Assembly: GCF_964355755.1 (NCBI RefSeq)
Contig: NC_092672.1
Span: forward strand, 23,883,237 to 23,947,236
DNA from: Antedon mediterranea
Lineage: Eukaryota > Animalia > Echinodermata
Direction of reading: 5' to 3'
DNA length: 64,000 nt
Shown: positions 52,773 through 64,000 of the stretch, piece after piece
How the letters are laid out: each line of letters opens with the position of its first letter
Numbering within the stretch: position 1 is the first letter of the stretch
The notes under the pieces: generated by a model
What the model was told of the DNA's origin: nothing
Databases searched by the model: none
The model's input: the letters and a program-made list of their open reading frames with translations, nothing else
Program-made: the position numbers and the translations under genes

Positions 52773-53405
52773 TGTAATATAATGTTGCGTTGTTGAGGTA
52801 CTAATGAAAGACTCTAACTCGCTTGACTGTCGTAACACTGTATTGTTTATTCAGTATAATACTTTAGTACAATATACAACTATAAGTATAGATAAGGAAC
52901 GCGGAGGATCAATGATGCTGTCGGTGAGGTGTGAAGTGTGTTAGTCTGCTTCTGGAGAAGTGGCTGTAAGGTGTGTGCTCCGTGAAGTGGCTGTAAGGTG
53001 TGTCTGGGCCCTTCTGAAACTTGGGGGTATATTGGCTCAGTTCATTAGCATATGTCAATTACGTAATCTGTGAGGGTAACGATTGGTCCTAAGTTGATCC
53101 AGGGGTGTTTAAGTGGGAATGATTGACGGTATAATAAGGTATTTCTGTGATGGATGACACTGTCAAATCTGTACTTAAATAGTGTTAATCACTCCTGGTT
53201 TAACGATGGGAAAAGTCACAAAGTTAAGCTAAGTGTTTTCTTTAGGGATTAAGTGTTTTCTTTAGGGATTCTATTATAAACTAAATGGTCATTAAAACAT
53301 CTGGACAAACTCTCCTTTGGACTTTCTGGGTCAAGTTTGTGAACCTATTTGAATTCCGATACAAAGGTCAATTTCTTAAATATAAAAGTATATCGTTATA
53401 TCACA
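52773..53405 (-). repeat. Gypsy 3' LTR
   Basis: Matches 60713-61345 except 2 substitutions by eye; adjacent polypurine tract (AAAAGGGAAACAGAGGGA on minus). Confidence 0.97.
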
Positions 53406-54306
53406 TCCCTCTGTTTCCCTTTTTTTTTCTAATCTATTTAACATATAAAAATGGTTATAATAGTGGCATGCAAAATTAAAGTTATATAAAAGAAAAAAAC
53501 ATTATTATACATATAAGCAAAAATTGAGTTAGCCAAAACTATTGACTCTGAAGTGTAACCTTATCACTTTCACTCTCTCTCTTCTCTCTCTTAAAAAAAT
53601 TAAAATCAAAAATGAATTTGGTATAAAATTCGCGTAAATCAAACATAAATCAGTTAAAAATAAAAATACAAAACTTAAAAAAATAGTATGTTACATTGAA
53701 CATACATCAAATTCGTGCGACAACTTATCGCGTTCTAATGGTCTTCAAACATAAATCATCAAATTAAAACATAAAACTCAAGAAACTGTGGCTGATTAGC
53801 CTAAAATCAAAATATCAAACTTAATCACTTAAAACTTTAAAGAAACAAATGTGTGTGTCCCGTTGACACAAACTTATCCACAATATATCATTATCATCAC
53901 AACTTTATCGATTTAAGCATTTATATTTACAGGTAATTACGATTTCAATCGGTCGACAAATTCGACTTTTGTACTCAATGTCAACAAAAATTACAATGAA
54001 AAGTACTAAGAAAATCTCCTGTTCTTGTATATCAATTAATTAATGCTTGAGATTAACGACTCAAAGGTTAAACAAAATATTTGTTACAAAATGATTGTCG
54101 TTCTTTTCAATATCTCAATATATCGATCATCAAAATTCAAAATTAATCATTATCAAACTCGTTACAAAATCAATACTTAAACATAAATTCAATTCTCTTT
54201 TAACTAAAATCACATTATTATTTAACAAATCTCATCAAATACGTAGACTATGCTATCATTAATTTAGCAAATGTCGTAATTTAAAAATAATCTTGCAAAA
54301 ATTAAA

Positions 54307-57300
54307 TCAGTAACTTGTTGCATTATACAAACGTTTTATGAATCGTTTTGGCGATCCACTTATCGGTATCTGTTTATCTTTAATGATCTCTTTAATTAAT
54401 TTATCTGTATCGTTATATCTGTCAATATTCCACCAAAATTTGCGATCATTAGATTCGTGTTTTGTTTTATCGGTGTTGCGTTTGGCTGAAGTCGGTTTAG
54501 AATACGAAACTAAAACTTGGAAATGTCCTGCTTTAAATCTACCTCGGTTTAATGTCATATTTGAATCATTAGGTGCTGTCATAATTAGATTAGTTTGTTC
54601 CTTGATTTGTTCTTCTTTCATTTGGAATGGGGCTGCTAATCCCATGTTATTCTCTACACAGTCAATGTAAGGTTGCAAGTTAAGGGGTTCTATCTTAGTT
54701 GGATGTGTAAGGGTATCTGATTGCAATTGGGTGGGTGTCCTATCGTGTTCGTCTACAAATTCAACATTGATTTCGTCATTTACTACATTAATGGTGTTTT
54801 GGATTTTATCGTTATTATCATCGGTGGGTTCATTCAACAATTGTTTAAGTTTTTGGAGATGTGTAACATTTTTGCGTTCTTTGGGTGTTCTCATAAAACA
54901 GGGTTTCAGTCTGTTATAATTGAATACGTCGCGAAGTATTCCTCCTTTAATCGTCGCTAGGATGTAGTGTGTTCTGTCTAGTACTTCATGAATTACTAAT
55001 GGTCCGACCCATTCTGCGGCGATTTTCTTTGAATTTGCCGTTAGTGATGATGATGTTGGCTTGTATAAATATACGAGTTGTCCTACTGAGTAAATTGGAC
55101 TTTTTTCTAAGCGTTGGGAAATTTTTGAGTTTTGGACGTTTTGTTGTGTTCGCTGTAATTGTAGCATTGTCTGTGAAATGTTTTGAAATTTCTTCTTGAG
55201 ATGTTCAAAGTATTCTTCATAGGAATGAGACAATCCTGAAATAGGGTTAAATGCTAATGAAGTCAAACTTGGAGGTTGGCGGCCAAAAACTAATTCGTAA
55301 GGGGAGTGGTTTCCTAGATGTGGGGATGAAAACGAGTTATAAGCATAACATGTTGTTGATACAAATCTAACCCAATCTGTTCCGAATTTGTTAAGGTTGA
55401 CCTTTAACAGGTCCGATACGGTGCGGATATGACGTTCAACTTGTAAACTACCGTGATTGTGGACGCTGATGATTTTTCTATCAATATTAAGGGTGTTACA
55501 TAATAGTGTTAATAATTTTCCTGTAAGGGAGGTTGCTGCATCTGAAATAAGACGAGATGGGGGTCCAAAAATACTGATTACCTTTTGAATTAGTGCTTCG
55601 CAAATTGTTTCGGCATCAATGGATTTCAAAGGTACACAAATCAAAAATCTAGTTATCTCATCACATACTACCATAATATGTTTAAAACCTGAAGGTGATG
55701 TTGGCATACTCTTAAAATCTAGACTGAGTGTATGAAAGGGACGGTAAGTTGCTGGTACTCGATCGTGTAAAGGACGTAATTTATCGGTTTTGGGACAAAA
55801 TTGTTGACATCTAAGACACGCTTGGGTATAATTGTTGACTTTCTCAAACATAAGGGGCATGTAAAATAATTTCCTAATAGTAAGGTAAGTACGCATCGTA
55901 CCTTGGTGGCTACTTAACAAATTGTCGTGATACTGAGAAATAATAGTCTCGGCTAAGTTTTCAGGAACAGCTAATTGCAATACAAATTCTCCACCTTTAT
56001 CTTGGAAAAATAAACGGAATAGTAAACCGTTGCACAATATGTACTGCTCTGACTTATTCTGAACTGCACGAGCTGCTTTCTTATCAGCTGGAAGGATATC
56101 ATGAGCTAAATAATCGTAAACTGGCTTAAAAAATGGTGAAGTTTCTTGTTCAACACGTAATTGTTTAACATCTACTGGGAGGTTATAATCTCTAATTATC
56201 TTTCTTTGAATAACATCCATTAATCTATCTAAGTCTTGTTGTTTTGGGATGTGTGCTGACTTAAATTCAGTTATGTTGGGTACTAGTGGTTTGGGCGATG
56301 TATACAATTCAACTGGTACATTTTGATGTGTAGTATCTTTGCTTTGCTTATTTTTGTCTACTAGTCGTTCCTCTGGAGGTTGTCGAATGTTTACATTACG
56401 TATTGGGGGTGGTGTTACGATAGGTGGCGTTATGATAGGCGGTGATCGATGTGCGTTTGTTTGTTGTCTCGTGATTATTTGTGGTGTAGCGGTAGGTTGA
56501 GGTGTAGGTCGCGTGTTTGTTGTCACTGGGTTTTGATTAATGACAGGCGTTTGTTTGGGTTTGGGTTTATGTAGGTCAGGTATATTTATTCCCATTTGCT
56601 TGGCGTATGACCTTGTTACTGGTCTGCAAGTAGATGTGTTTGTAATCGGGTTAAGAGATTCAGTCTCTGTAATATTAAATGCAATGGGTACAACTTGATC
56701 AATTTCGGAATCGTCGTCACGAGGGGCTCGGGAGAGAAAATCTGCTAAAACTAATTCAGTTCCTTTCTTATAACCAATTTGGAAAATGTATCCGGACAAT
56801 CGTAATATTAGTTTCTGTAAACGGGGTGTACATGGCTGATCTTTTGAATTCCAAATTTGTACAATTGCTGAGTGGTCTACGAATGCATCAAATTCGCAAC
56901 CCTTTAGTAAATGTCGAAATGCTGAAACGTTAATGTAAAGTCCAAATAACTCTAATTCTGTGACGCTATATCGTTGACAGGCTTGTGGTAAGATTTTGGA
57001 ATAATAACCTATTATGTGTTCTTTACCGTTTACTGTTTGTGTTAAATATGAACCTGTTGCGGTTCTTGAAGTGTCGCTATATAGCGTAAATCTACCTTCT
57101 TTTCTAGGCATTTGAAGAGTTGGTGGTTTAACCATTAAGTGTTTAATTTCGTCAAATGCTTTCTGGTGATCAGTAGACCAAACAAATTTTCGGCGTTTAC
57201 TTGCGAGTGTATGTAACGGACGTAAAATTGATTGTATTTGAGGGAAAAAATGGGATACATAATTTACTGCACCAATAAATCGTTTAGTTTCTTTATGGGT

Positions 57301-59018
57301 TCGTGGGACTGGCAAATTTCGGATAGCTGCACACCTGTCGCCTAATGGTGTGATACATGCGTGTCCTGAAGAATTAATCAGGATGGTGTGTCCCATATAT
57401 TGCACTTTATTCTTGAATAACTTACATTTCTTTGGACAAATTCTAAAACCATTTAATTGTAGGGCTTGTAAAACGGAAACGAGGTGCTGCTTATGAGAAA
57501 ATTTGTCTTGGCTAAATAAAATAATATCATCGTGATGGGCGATACAGAATTCTCTAGAATTTGGGATTTCATTTAAAATTTCGTCAATCTTTGCTTGAAA
57601 TATACCTGGCGAAACGTTTAATCCTTGTGCTAATCTCTTATAATAATAATGTTTTCCACCATGATATGAAGCTATACCTGTGTATTGTTGGGCATGTTCG
57701 GCTAATGGTACACAGTTGAACGCTGATTTCAAATCAATTACGCTAAGAATCTGTGCATTAGCGTTACCTATTGTTTTCAAAGTTTCGGCCAATAATGGGA
57801 ATGGGTGATTAATACGTTTTATCCTGGAATTGAGATAGCGAAAGTCTGTGACAACTCTTTTATCTTTTGAATTTTTCTTTGAAACAAGAAGGACAGGGGA
57901 AGTATACGATTGGTGTCCTACTGCTAAGATTCCTAGTTTGACTAATTTGTTCAATTCGGCCTCAATAACATGTTTGTCTTTGTCTGTCGCGAAGTATGGT
58001 CGAATAAAAAATGGTTCATCGTTAGAGAGGTGTATGTCAGCTTTGAAGTTTGGGCAGCTAGATAGTTCACCATAAAGTGAAAATGCGTTTCTGTTTTGTT
58101 GTAAGGTTTTATGCAAATCTTCTTTTTCTCTATGTGTTAAAACGCTGTCTGTTAAATCAACTTGTTTTCTAATTATTTCTTCTTCGGTTAAAGATAGCAA
58201 TGGGTCTGTACGTTCTAAATGTGGGTACTTGTTTGCGTTGTCATTGGTCAACTTTATTCTATCAATTGGTAGGTCATTAGTAACTGTTACAAGGTTGGTT
58301 AAGTGAAGGCTCGCGATAGGTTGATGTGTATTTAGAGATACGTTTCTGTTTGTGTTGTTAGTGATATCAATGTTGGTTTCTCCTCTGTGTAATTTTACTA
58401 ACATATCTGATGGACAAAGTTTTGAAATATGGGTGGTTGCATGTAGAACAACATCAGAATTGCGTACAAAGGCGGGAACCCTTCCTTTTAATTTAACTGT
58501 TTTAGTATCACCGGGTTTAAGAAAAATCTTGTGTACTGGACGAAAGCTAAAAATCTTTGGTCTAATGCGAAATGTGTTTTCCTTAAAATTTAAAGTACCG
58601 TCGAGTTCAGACAATGTTTCGGTTCCAAGTATCAGGTCAATACCTGTCAAATTTTTAACGATTAATGCTGAAATTTTAAATTTGTGTCCTTGGATAAATA
58701 ATTCGAATTGCACTAAGTGGTTGGCATATAAGAAGTCACCGTTACCTAATCGAAATTTAGTTGTGTTCACTTTAACTGGCTTTAAACGCGATAAATAAAG
58801 TGAGGAATTAACGTACGATTGTGAGATTATAGTTCTAGTTGAACCACTGTCAAATAAAGTTAAAACATTTCTACCATCTGGTAAATTTCCTTTAACGTAA
58901 TTTCTGTCGTTAAGTAACAAATCAATATTATCTGAATTTCCTAAGTATTTTGCCTTAAAATTGTCGTATTTAGTATGGGGGGCCAGATTATAGGCGGCAT
59001 CTAGTCCCCTTTTTAAAA
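54307..59018 (-). CDS. pol: Gypsy Pol (protease, RT, RNase H, integrase), expressed by -1 frameshift from gag
   Basis: LFDSGS; DLKSAF, QGL, HHDD; YSDTS, ELE, VDH, ADFLSR; H-x6-H...C-x2-C, LDF/SD/VER, WVGP; frame open from the gag stop region to 54307. Confidence 0.96.
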
Positions 59019-59978
59019 ATCCTGCTGGTGGCTAGGGTAGTAATTGTTTGACTGTTGGTATGGGTATGGCGGGGGATAATTTCCGTAAGAGCGGTTTTGT
59101 TGTCGGCAGTGCCTTGCTATGTGGCCTGGTTTCCCGCAGTAATAACAGGTTGGGGGAGGTTGTCTATATCTTGGGGTCGGTGGGGTCTGGAATCGGGGTT
59201 TGTATGGGCTTGGGCTTCGGTTTCGTCTTGGGATATAATTTCGGGTGGGGGAACGTGAGCGTCGAGTATCATCATTAAGGGATCGTTTTGTTGTGGCCAT
59301 GTCTAACTTGAGAGAATTTATCTCATGTTGGAGCAATTCGAGACTATTAGGCCTATCTGTTTCCTTATTGATTTTGAATGAAACTTCCCGTGTGGCATCA
59401 TCTACGGAAAGGTCAAGGTAATTTTGTGTGCTATTTACAATATTTTCAATAGTGGCATCGATTGGGGTGGACATGGCTACAGCTGCTCTACATTTTGGTG
59501 GAAGGGTCGAAATAAATTTATTCTTTATCTGCTGGTCAGCGTATCCAATTCTGTCTGCGGCTTGTTTGATTTTGGTTAAGTGCTTTTCGGCGTTGTCGCC
59601 AGTGGTGTATGTAATTGAATCGTATTCTCTTATGTGCGCATAGATTGATTTGTTTTTACTAAACCTGTTGATGAATTGGGTTTTTAAGGATTCTAGTGAA
59701 TCGAACTGCTTTCCCTCAATCCAGAGTCTAGCTTGGCCCTGAAGGCTACGTTTAAAAATACTTATTACATTAATTAATTGGGCATTGTTTACAGGGTTTT
59801 CTAACGTGTGGGCCTCAAGGTAGTCGGTAAACGATAAGTAATGTGCACTACATTGGTCGTGATCGGTTATGGAACCGTCATATCTTTTGGGAAGGAAATC
59901 GGTTTGTCTTAGGTGGGGCACGGGGTGAGGATTGACGGGCTCATTTAAAATTACTTCGTTATCAACAATGTCGACCAT
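59013..59978 (-). CDS. gag: Gypsy Gag (321 aa)
   Basis: Capsid-like SLQGQARLW, LKTQFINRF; RS-rich tract; CYYCGKPGHIARHC zinc knuckle. Confidence 0.95.
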   Translation of the reverse strand: MVDIVDNEVILNEPVNPHPVPHLRQTDFLPKRYDGSITDHDQCSAHYLSFTDYLEAHTLENPVNNAQLINVISIFKRSLQGQARLWIEGKQFDSLESLKTQFINRFSKNKSIYAHIREYDSITYTTGDNAEKHLTKIKQAADRIGYADQQIKNKFISTLPPKCRAAVAMSTPIDATIENIVNSTQNYLDLSVDDATREVSFKINKETDRPNSLELLQHEINSLKLDMATTKRSLNDDTRRSRSPTRNYIPRRNRSPSPYKPRFQTPPTPRYRQPPPTCYYCGKPGHIARHCRQQNRSYGNYPPPYPYQQSNNYYPSHQQDF

Positions 59979-60377
59979 ACTTTATAATATTAATTATTAA
60001 TCAAATATCAAAAACAATTTGGTGTATATATATATATATATGTAAACTCTCACTTTTCAATCAAGGTTACAAATCAAAATTCAAAATAGTTTTGACTTAC
60101 CCCAAATGCTTCGGATCCAATTAAAAATGAATTAAAGGAATGCAAAAAGTGTTCAAAAAATGTTTAAATGTTCAAACAACGAATTAAAGAAATGTTAAAG
60201 TGCTCATCAATGTTCAACTTTTCAAACAACGAATTCAAAAAAAAAGCGAAAGGTGTTCATCAATGTTAAAAAAAAAGTAAATGTTAAAAAACGATCGAAA
60301 AAAAAAAACGGCGTGAAGTTGAAAGTGTCCAAACGAAACAGTTCTTGTCCGCTTGCTTCTGTTTTGATTCTTCTTGG

Positions 60378-60583
60378 GTCTTCCTCGATTATCTTCTTTG
60401 TCTTTATCCAATGGTTATAATTTGATAAAATTTCTGCTTGTCTCGATCTCATTCAAATATAATTTCAGCTTGTCTTTTGTGTCTTCCTCGATTATCTTCT
60501 TTGTCTTCATCCAATGGTAATAATTTGATAAAATTTCTGCTTGTCTCGATCTCATTCAAATATAATTTCAGCTTGTCTTTTGA
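60378..60583. repeat. 103-bp tandem duplication in the Gypsy 5' leader
   Basis: gtcttcctcgattatc...cttgtcttttg occurs twice. Confidence 0.9.
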
Positions 60584-60712
60584 GTCAAAGTAAATTTCTC
60601 TCCTTTCAAACAAATATGGTTATTTTTGTCTTTGTCTTCGTCTTCGTGTCTTGTTAAGTGTTTATTTCTTGTTTTCTCACTCCGTTCCTTATGAAATTTG
60701 GGTCTTCCACCA

Positions 60713-61345
60713 TGTAATATAATGTTGCGTTGTTGAGGTACTAATGAAAGACTCTAACTCGCTTGACTGTCGTAACACTATATTGTTTATTCAGTATAAT
60801 ACTTTAGTACAATATACAACTATAAGTATAGATAAGGAACGCGGAGGATCAATGATGCTGTCGGTGAGGTGTGAAGTGTGTTAGTCTGCTTCTGGAGAAG
60901 TGGCTTTAAGGTGTGTGCTCCGTGAAGTGGCTGTAAGGTGTGTCTGGGCCCTTCTGAAACTTGGGGGTATATTGGCTCAGTTCATTAGCATATGTCAATT
61001 ACGTAATCTGTGAGGGTAACGATTGGTCCTAAGTTGATCCAGGGGTGTTTAAGTGGGAATGATTGACGGTATAATAAGGTATTTCTGTGATGGATGACAC
61101 TGTCAAATCTGTACTTAAATAGTGTTAATCACTCCTGGTTTAACGATGGGAAAAGTCACAAAGTTAAGCTAAGTGTTTTCTTTAGGGATTAAGTGTTTTC
61201 TTTAGGGATTCTATTATAAACTAAATGGTCATTAAAACATCTGGACAAACTCTCCTTTGGACTTTCTGGGTCAAGTTTGTGAACCTATTTGAATTCCGAT
61301 ACAAAGGTCAATTTCTTAAATATAAAAGTATATCGTTATATCACA
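60713..61345 (-). repeat. Gypsy 5' LTR
   Basis: Paired with 52773-53405; PBS-like TGGTGGAAGACC abuts it. Confidence 0.97.
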
Positions 61346-64000
61346 ATAACTCTAACTTTAATGTTAATGGATATAATTGGAAATCTAAAATTAGAAAATA
61401 GGAGTGTGGGTGGGATTGGCTTTTTTATATCTATTTCTGACAACTTCTTAGACTCGGCATGAATGACACCCTTGAGAGACTTTGGGTTAAAGTTTGCAGC
61501 GATAGTGGCAAACCAGTGTATGTCTGTGTGGCTTATTTCCTTGTAGAAGGAGTTAACAATGAACTAACCTATGAACTTTATGTCCAATTATTATTCTAAA
61601 TTATTAGAATAGAAAATGATGAGGATGATCTAAATATTTTATTGATGGGAGATTTCAATGCGAGAATTGGAAGTAATACCAAATGGTGATCCCATAACAA
61701 ACTCAAATGGTAATCGGTTACTTAACTAAGAACAATGCAAACCTTACCATCTAAACTGCACTATCTTTGTGAGGAAAAGTTTACATGGTGTAAGGTAACC
61801 AAAAAAGCACAATGGATTATTTATTGTGTTCTAAATGGTTAATTAACCATACACAATCAGTTTTAATTGATGAAAAAGGAGAGTTTAATTTTGGTATTGA
61901 TCATAATCTATGTTGTTAACCCTTGGTATTACTCTTACCAAAATAAACCAAAATGATTTCACTTTATATCAAGAGAAATTACTGGTTGGGGTGTTTCTAA
62001 TTTTTACCCCTGATTGAATTTGGAAATCTTGGACAAATATTATTATGGAAGCAGCAAAAGGGGGTACTAAATTGCAAACAAAAACACGCCGGCGTCGTAA
62101 ATGTGCTAACTCAAATAGGAATAATAATAATATAGACAATAGTGATGATAGTTGTGACGATCTATGGAATCTGTAATTAGAAAAACGACATAAAGTCACA
62201 ATGCTTATTAAAAATAAAATACAAGAAAAATGGTTAACAATTCAATAGAAAAAGCAAATGAAAGAGGTCCTTCTTGTAAAGATTTTTGGAAAAACTTAGG
62301 AGGCATAGCATGAAATGTAACATCATGGATTTTGATTGCATCCAAATTCCTGATTCTGAGGAAATAAAATTTTATAAGAAAACGATAAATCAATGTGTCT
62401 TACTGGGAAAACTTGGGCAAATGCAATATGATTTTGAAGGATTGTAATGCTTTTCTAACCAATTGCTTTGTTAAAGAAATCAGAAATAACCTTTCTCTTG
62501 AATATGACAACCCAGCTGATAATATTATAATGAAGAGTTCCTAAATGATACTTTTTATTGATTTTGATGTTGTAAAAGAAGCAGTATCCTTATTTATTAC
62601 CGAAAAAGAACAAATCCCTGATTTGGACAATATTACAAATGAATTACTGAAAAATGGAGGAAACTGTATCAATAAAACATTACTTGGCCTTTTAAAGAAA
62701 ATTATTGAATTGGAAGAAATCCCAAAAGACTGGAATATTATTATTTCTATTTATAAGAAAGGTAGCCATAGAATTTAGACAACTATCTTTTAACATTACT
62801 AATTATCTTGAAAATAATGATATCGGAAGTTCCGGGAGGTTTTCGTGCAACTTATAGATGTGAAGATCATATGTTTACATTCAAAAGTATTGCTGCTTGC
62901 AGACTTAAAGAAAATAAACACACCTATGGCCTTCCTGGACTTCCGTAAAGCTTTTGACAGTGTCTGGCTAAACGGTTTATTCAAAGCTGTTTGGTCATCA
63001 GGTGTATAAGGGGTAAGATTTGGCAATAACTTGATAAACTTTATGAAGATGCTAAAGGTTCTGTTAGAGTTGGAAATATAGTCACTGCATTTTTTGACAT
63101 TGAACATGACAGGGTGTAAAGCAAGATTGTGTTCTTTCTCCAATCTTATTTAACATCTTTATTAATGAATTATAGAAAATGCTTGTATCAAACAATCTAG
63201 GTATTAGAATAAACAACACCTCGATAGGAAGATTATTCTGGGCAGATGACATTGAAGAAGTCAAACTTTAATTTTGATAAATCCAACGTTCTTGTTTTTA
63301 CTCGGGGTACCCGTGTCTAGTACTCTTTTTCTTCTTCTATCGAGTAAAAAGTGCGATTTATGAAGTACTACTCATTCCTTATTAGTTGTATTATTGAGCT
63401 GGGATTTGGCATAAATATACTACATGGACATGTTCTCAAATCTATAGAGCCGGATTTTTAAATTTCACACCGGATGCAGCCATATGACGTCTCGAAGATG
63501 GTACCGTATAGCCGTATTTGGTAGCGAGGTTATTGATGTGTGATAAATTTATTGTTGAAGCATATTTCTAGAAAACTTTTTTTTTTCTCTTTTGTGGCGC
63601 AAACACCACTTTTATTCACATTCATATTATCTCATATTACATAAAATCGTATTATTTAACTTGTAAATGTCGTTACAGTTCATAAGTAACATTTTTACAT
63701 ATATGAATTTTGTATTACTCCTTTTTTCATTACAGGATCATCATTATCATCTATCCCGTTTTAAAATAGTTCACACATTTTCATTTGTTTGTTTTCATTT
63801 TACAACCCGGATTATACAATATATTTATATACATGATAAAAAAAAAACAATAATAGCTCAGTACCACCAGTAACCCGTATCACTGTAATTCTTTTTCGGT
63901 TAATCGTATCAAATTAGAAATTATATTATCATAATCTTATTTCTTAAAGCTACCCATTTTTCTATACTTGTTTCTTTATTGTTATGTGTTTCACATTCAA

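Larger units (their letters stand above)
52773..61345 (-). mobile_element. Full-length Ty3/Gypsy LTR retrotransposon (8573 bp), apparently intact
   Basis: 633-bp LTRs TG...CA, 4-bp TSD ATAA (52769-52772, 61346-61349), PBS-like 60712-60695, PPT from 53406, open gag and pol (PR-RT-RH-IN order). Confidence 0.98.
52590..63300 (+). mobile_element. Old, heavily decayed LINE (EN + RT) interrupted by the Gypsy element
   Basis: GISETF before 52772 continues as NVNGYNWKS..GGIG after 61346; LLMGDFNARIG, FLDFRKAFDSVW, QDCVLSPILFNIFINEL, WADDI; many stops. Confidence 0.8.

Noticed and set aside
53420-54300. Env gene downstream of pol
   Set aside because: No ORF of useful length; AT-rich non-coding DNA
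54338-59643. Several plus-strand ORFs over gag/pol
   Set aside because: Antisense shadows without recognisable motifs

Overview
AT-rich, intron-containing metazoan DNA (invertebrate; echinoderm-like is my inference only). It is not prokaryotic, and I found no rRNA, tRNA or CRISPR. Three host genes can be rebuilt exon by exon: OGFOD2 (+, first coding exon not found in the window), a theta-class glutathione S-transferase (-, complete), and a class I cytokine receptor (-; signal peptide, Ig, CHR with FSDWS, FN3, TM, Box1, Tyr motifs). The receptor carries a 16-nt frameshifting footprint and a 7.7-kb Kolobok (transposase + KolX) in one intron. The right half is almost all mobile DNA. It holds a 1.92-kb duplicated unit that starts a spliced, frameshifted PB1/Ubl-like...RING gene; a nested stack (Tx1/L1 > Academ-like foldback with ~1.6-kb arms > Harbinger-like MITE); Helentron-type HINEs; and a young, intact 8.6-kb Gypsy element with an atypical HHDD RT motif and a clear -1 frameshift signal, inserted into an old LINE.
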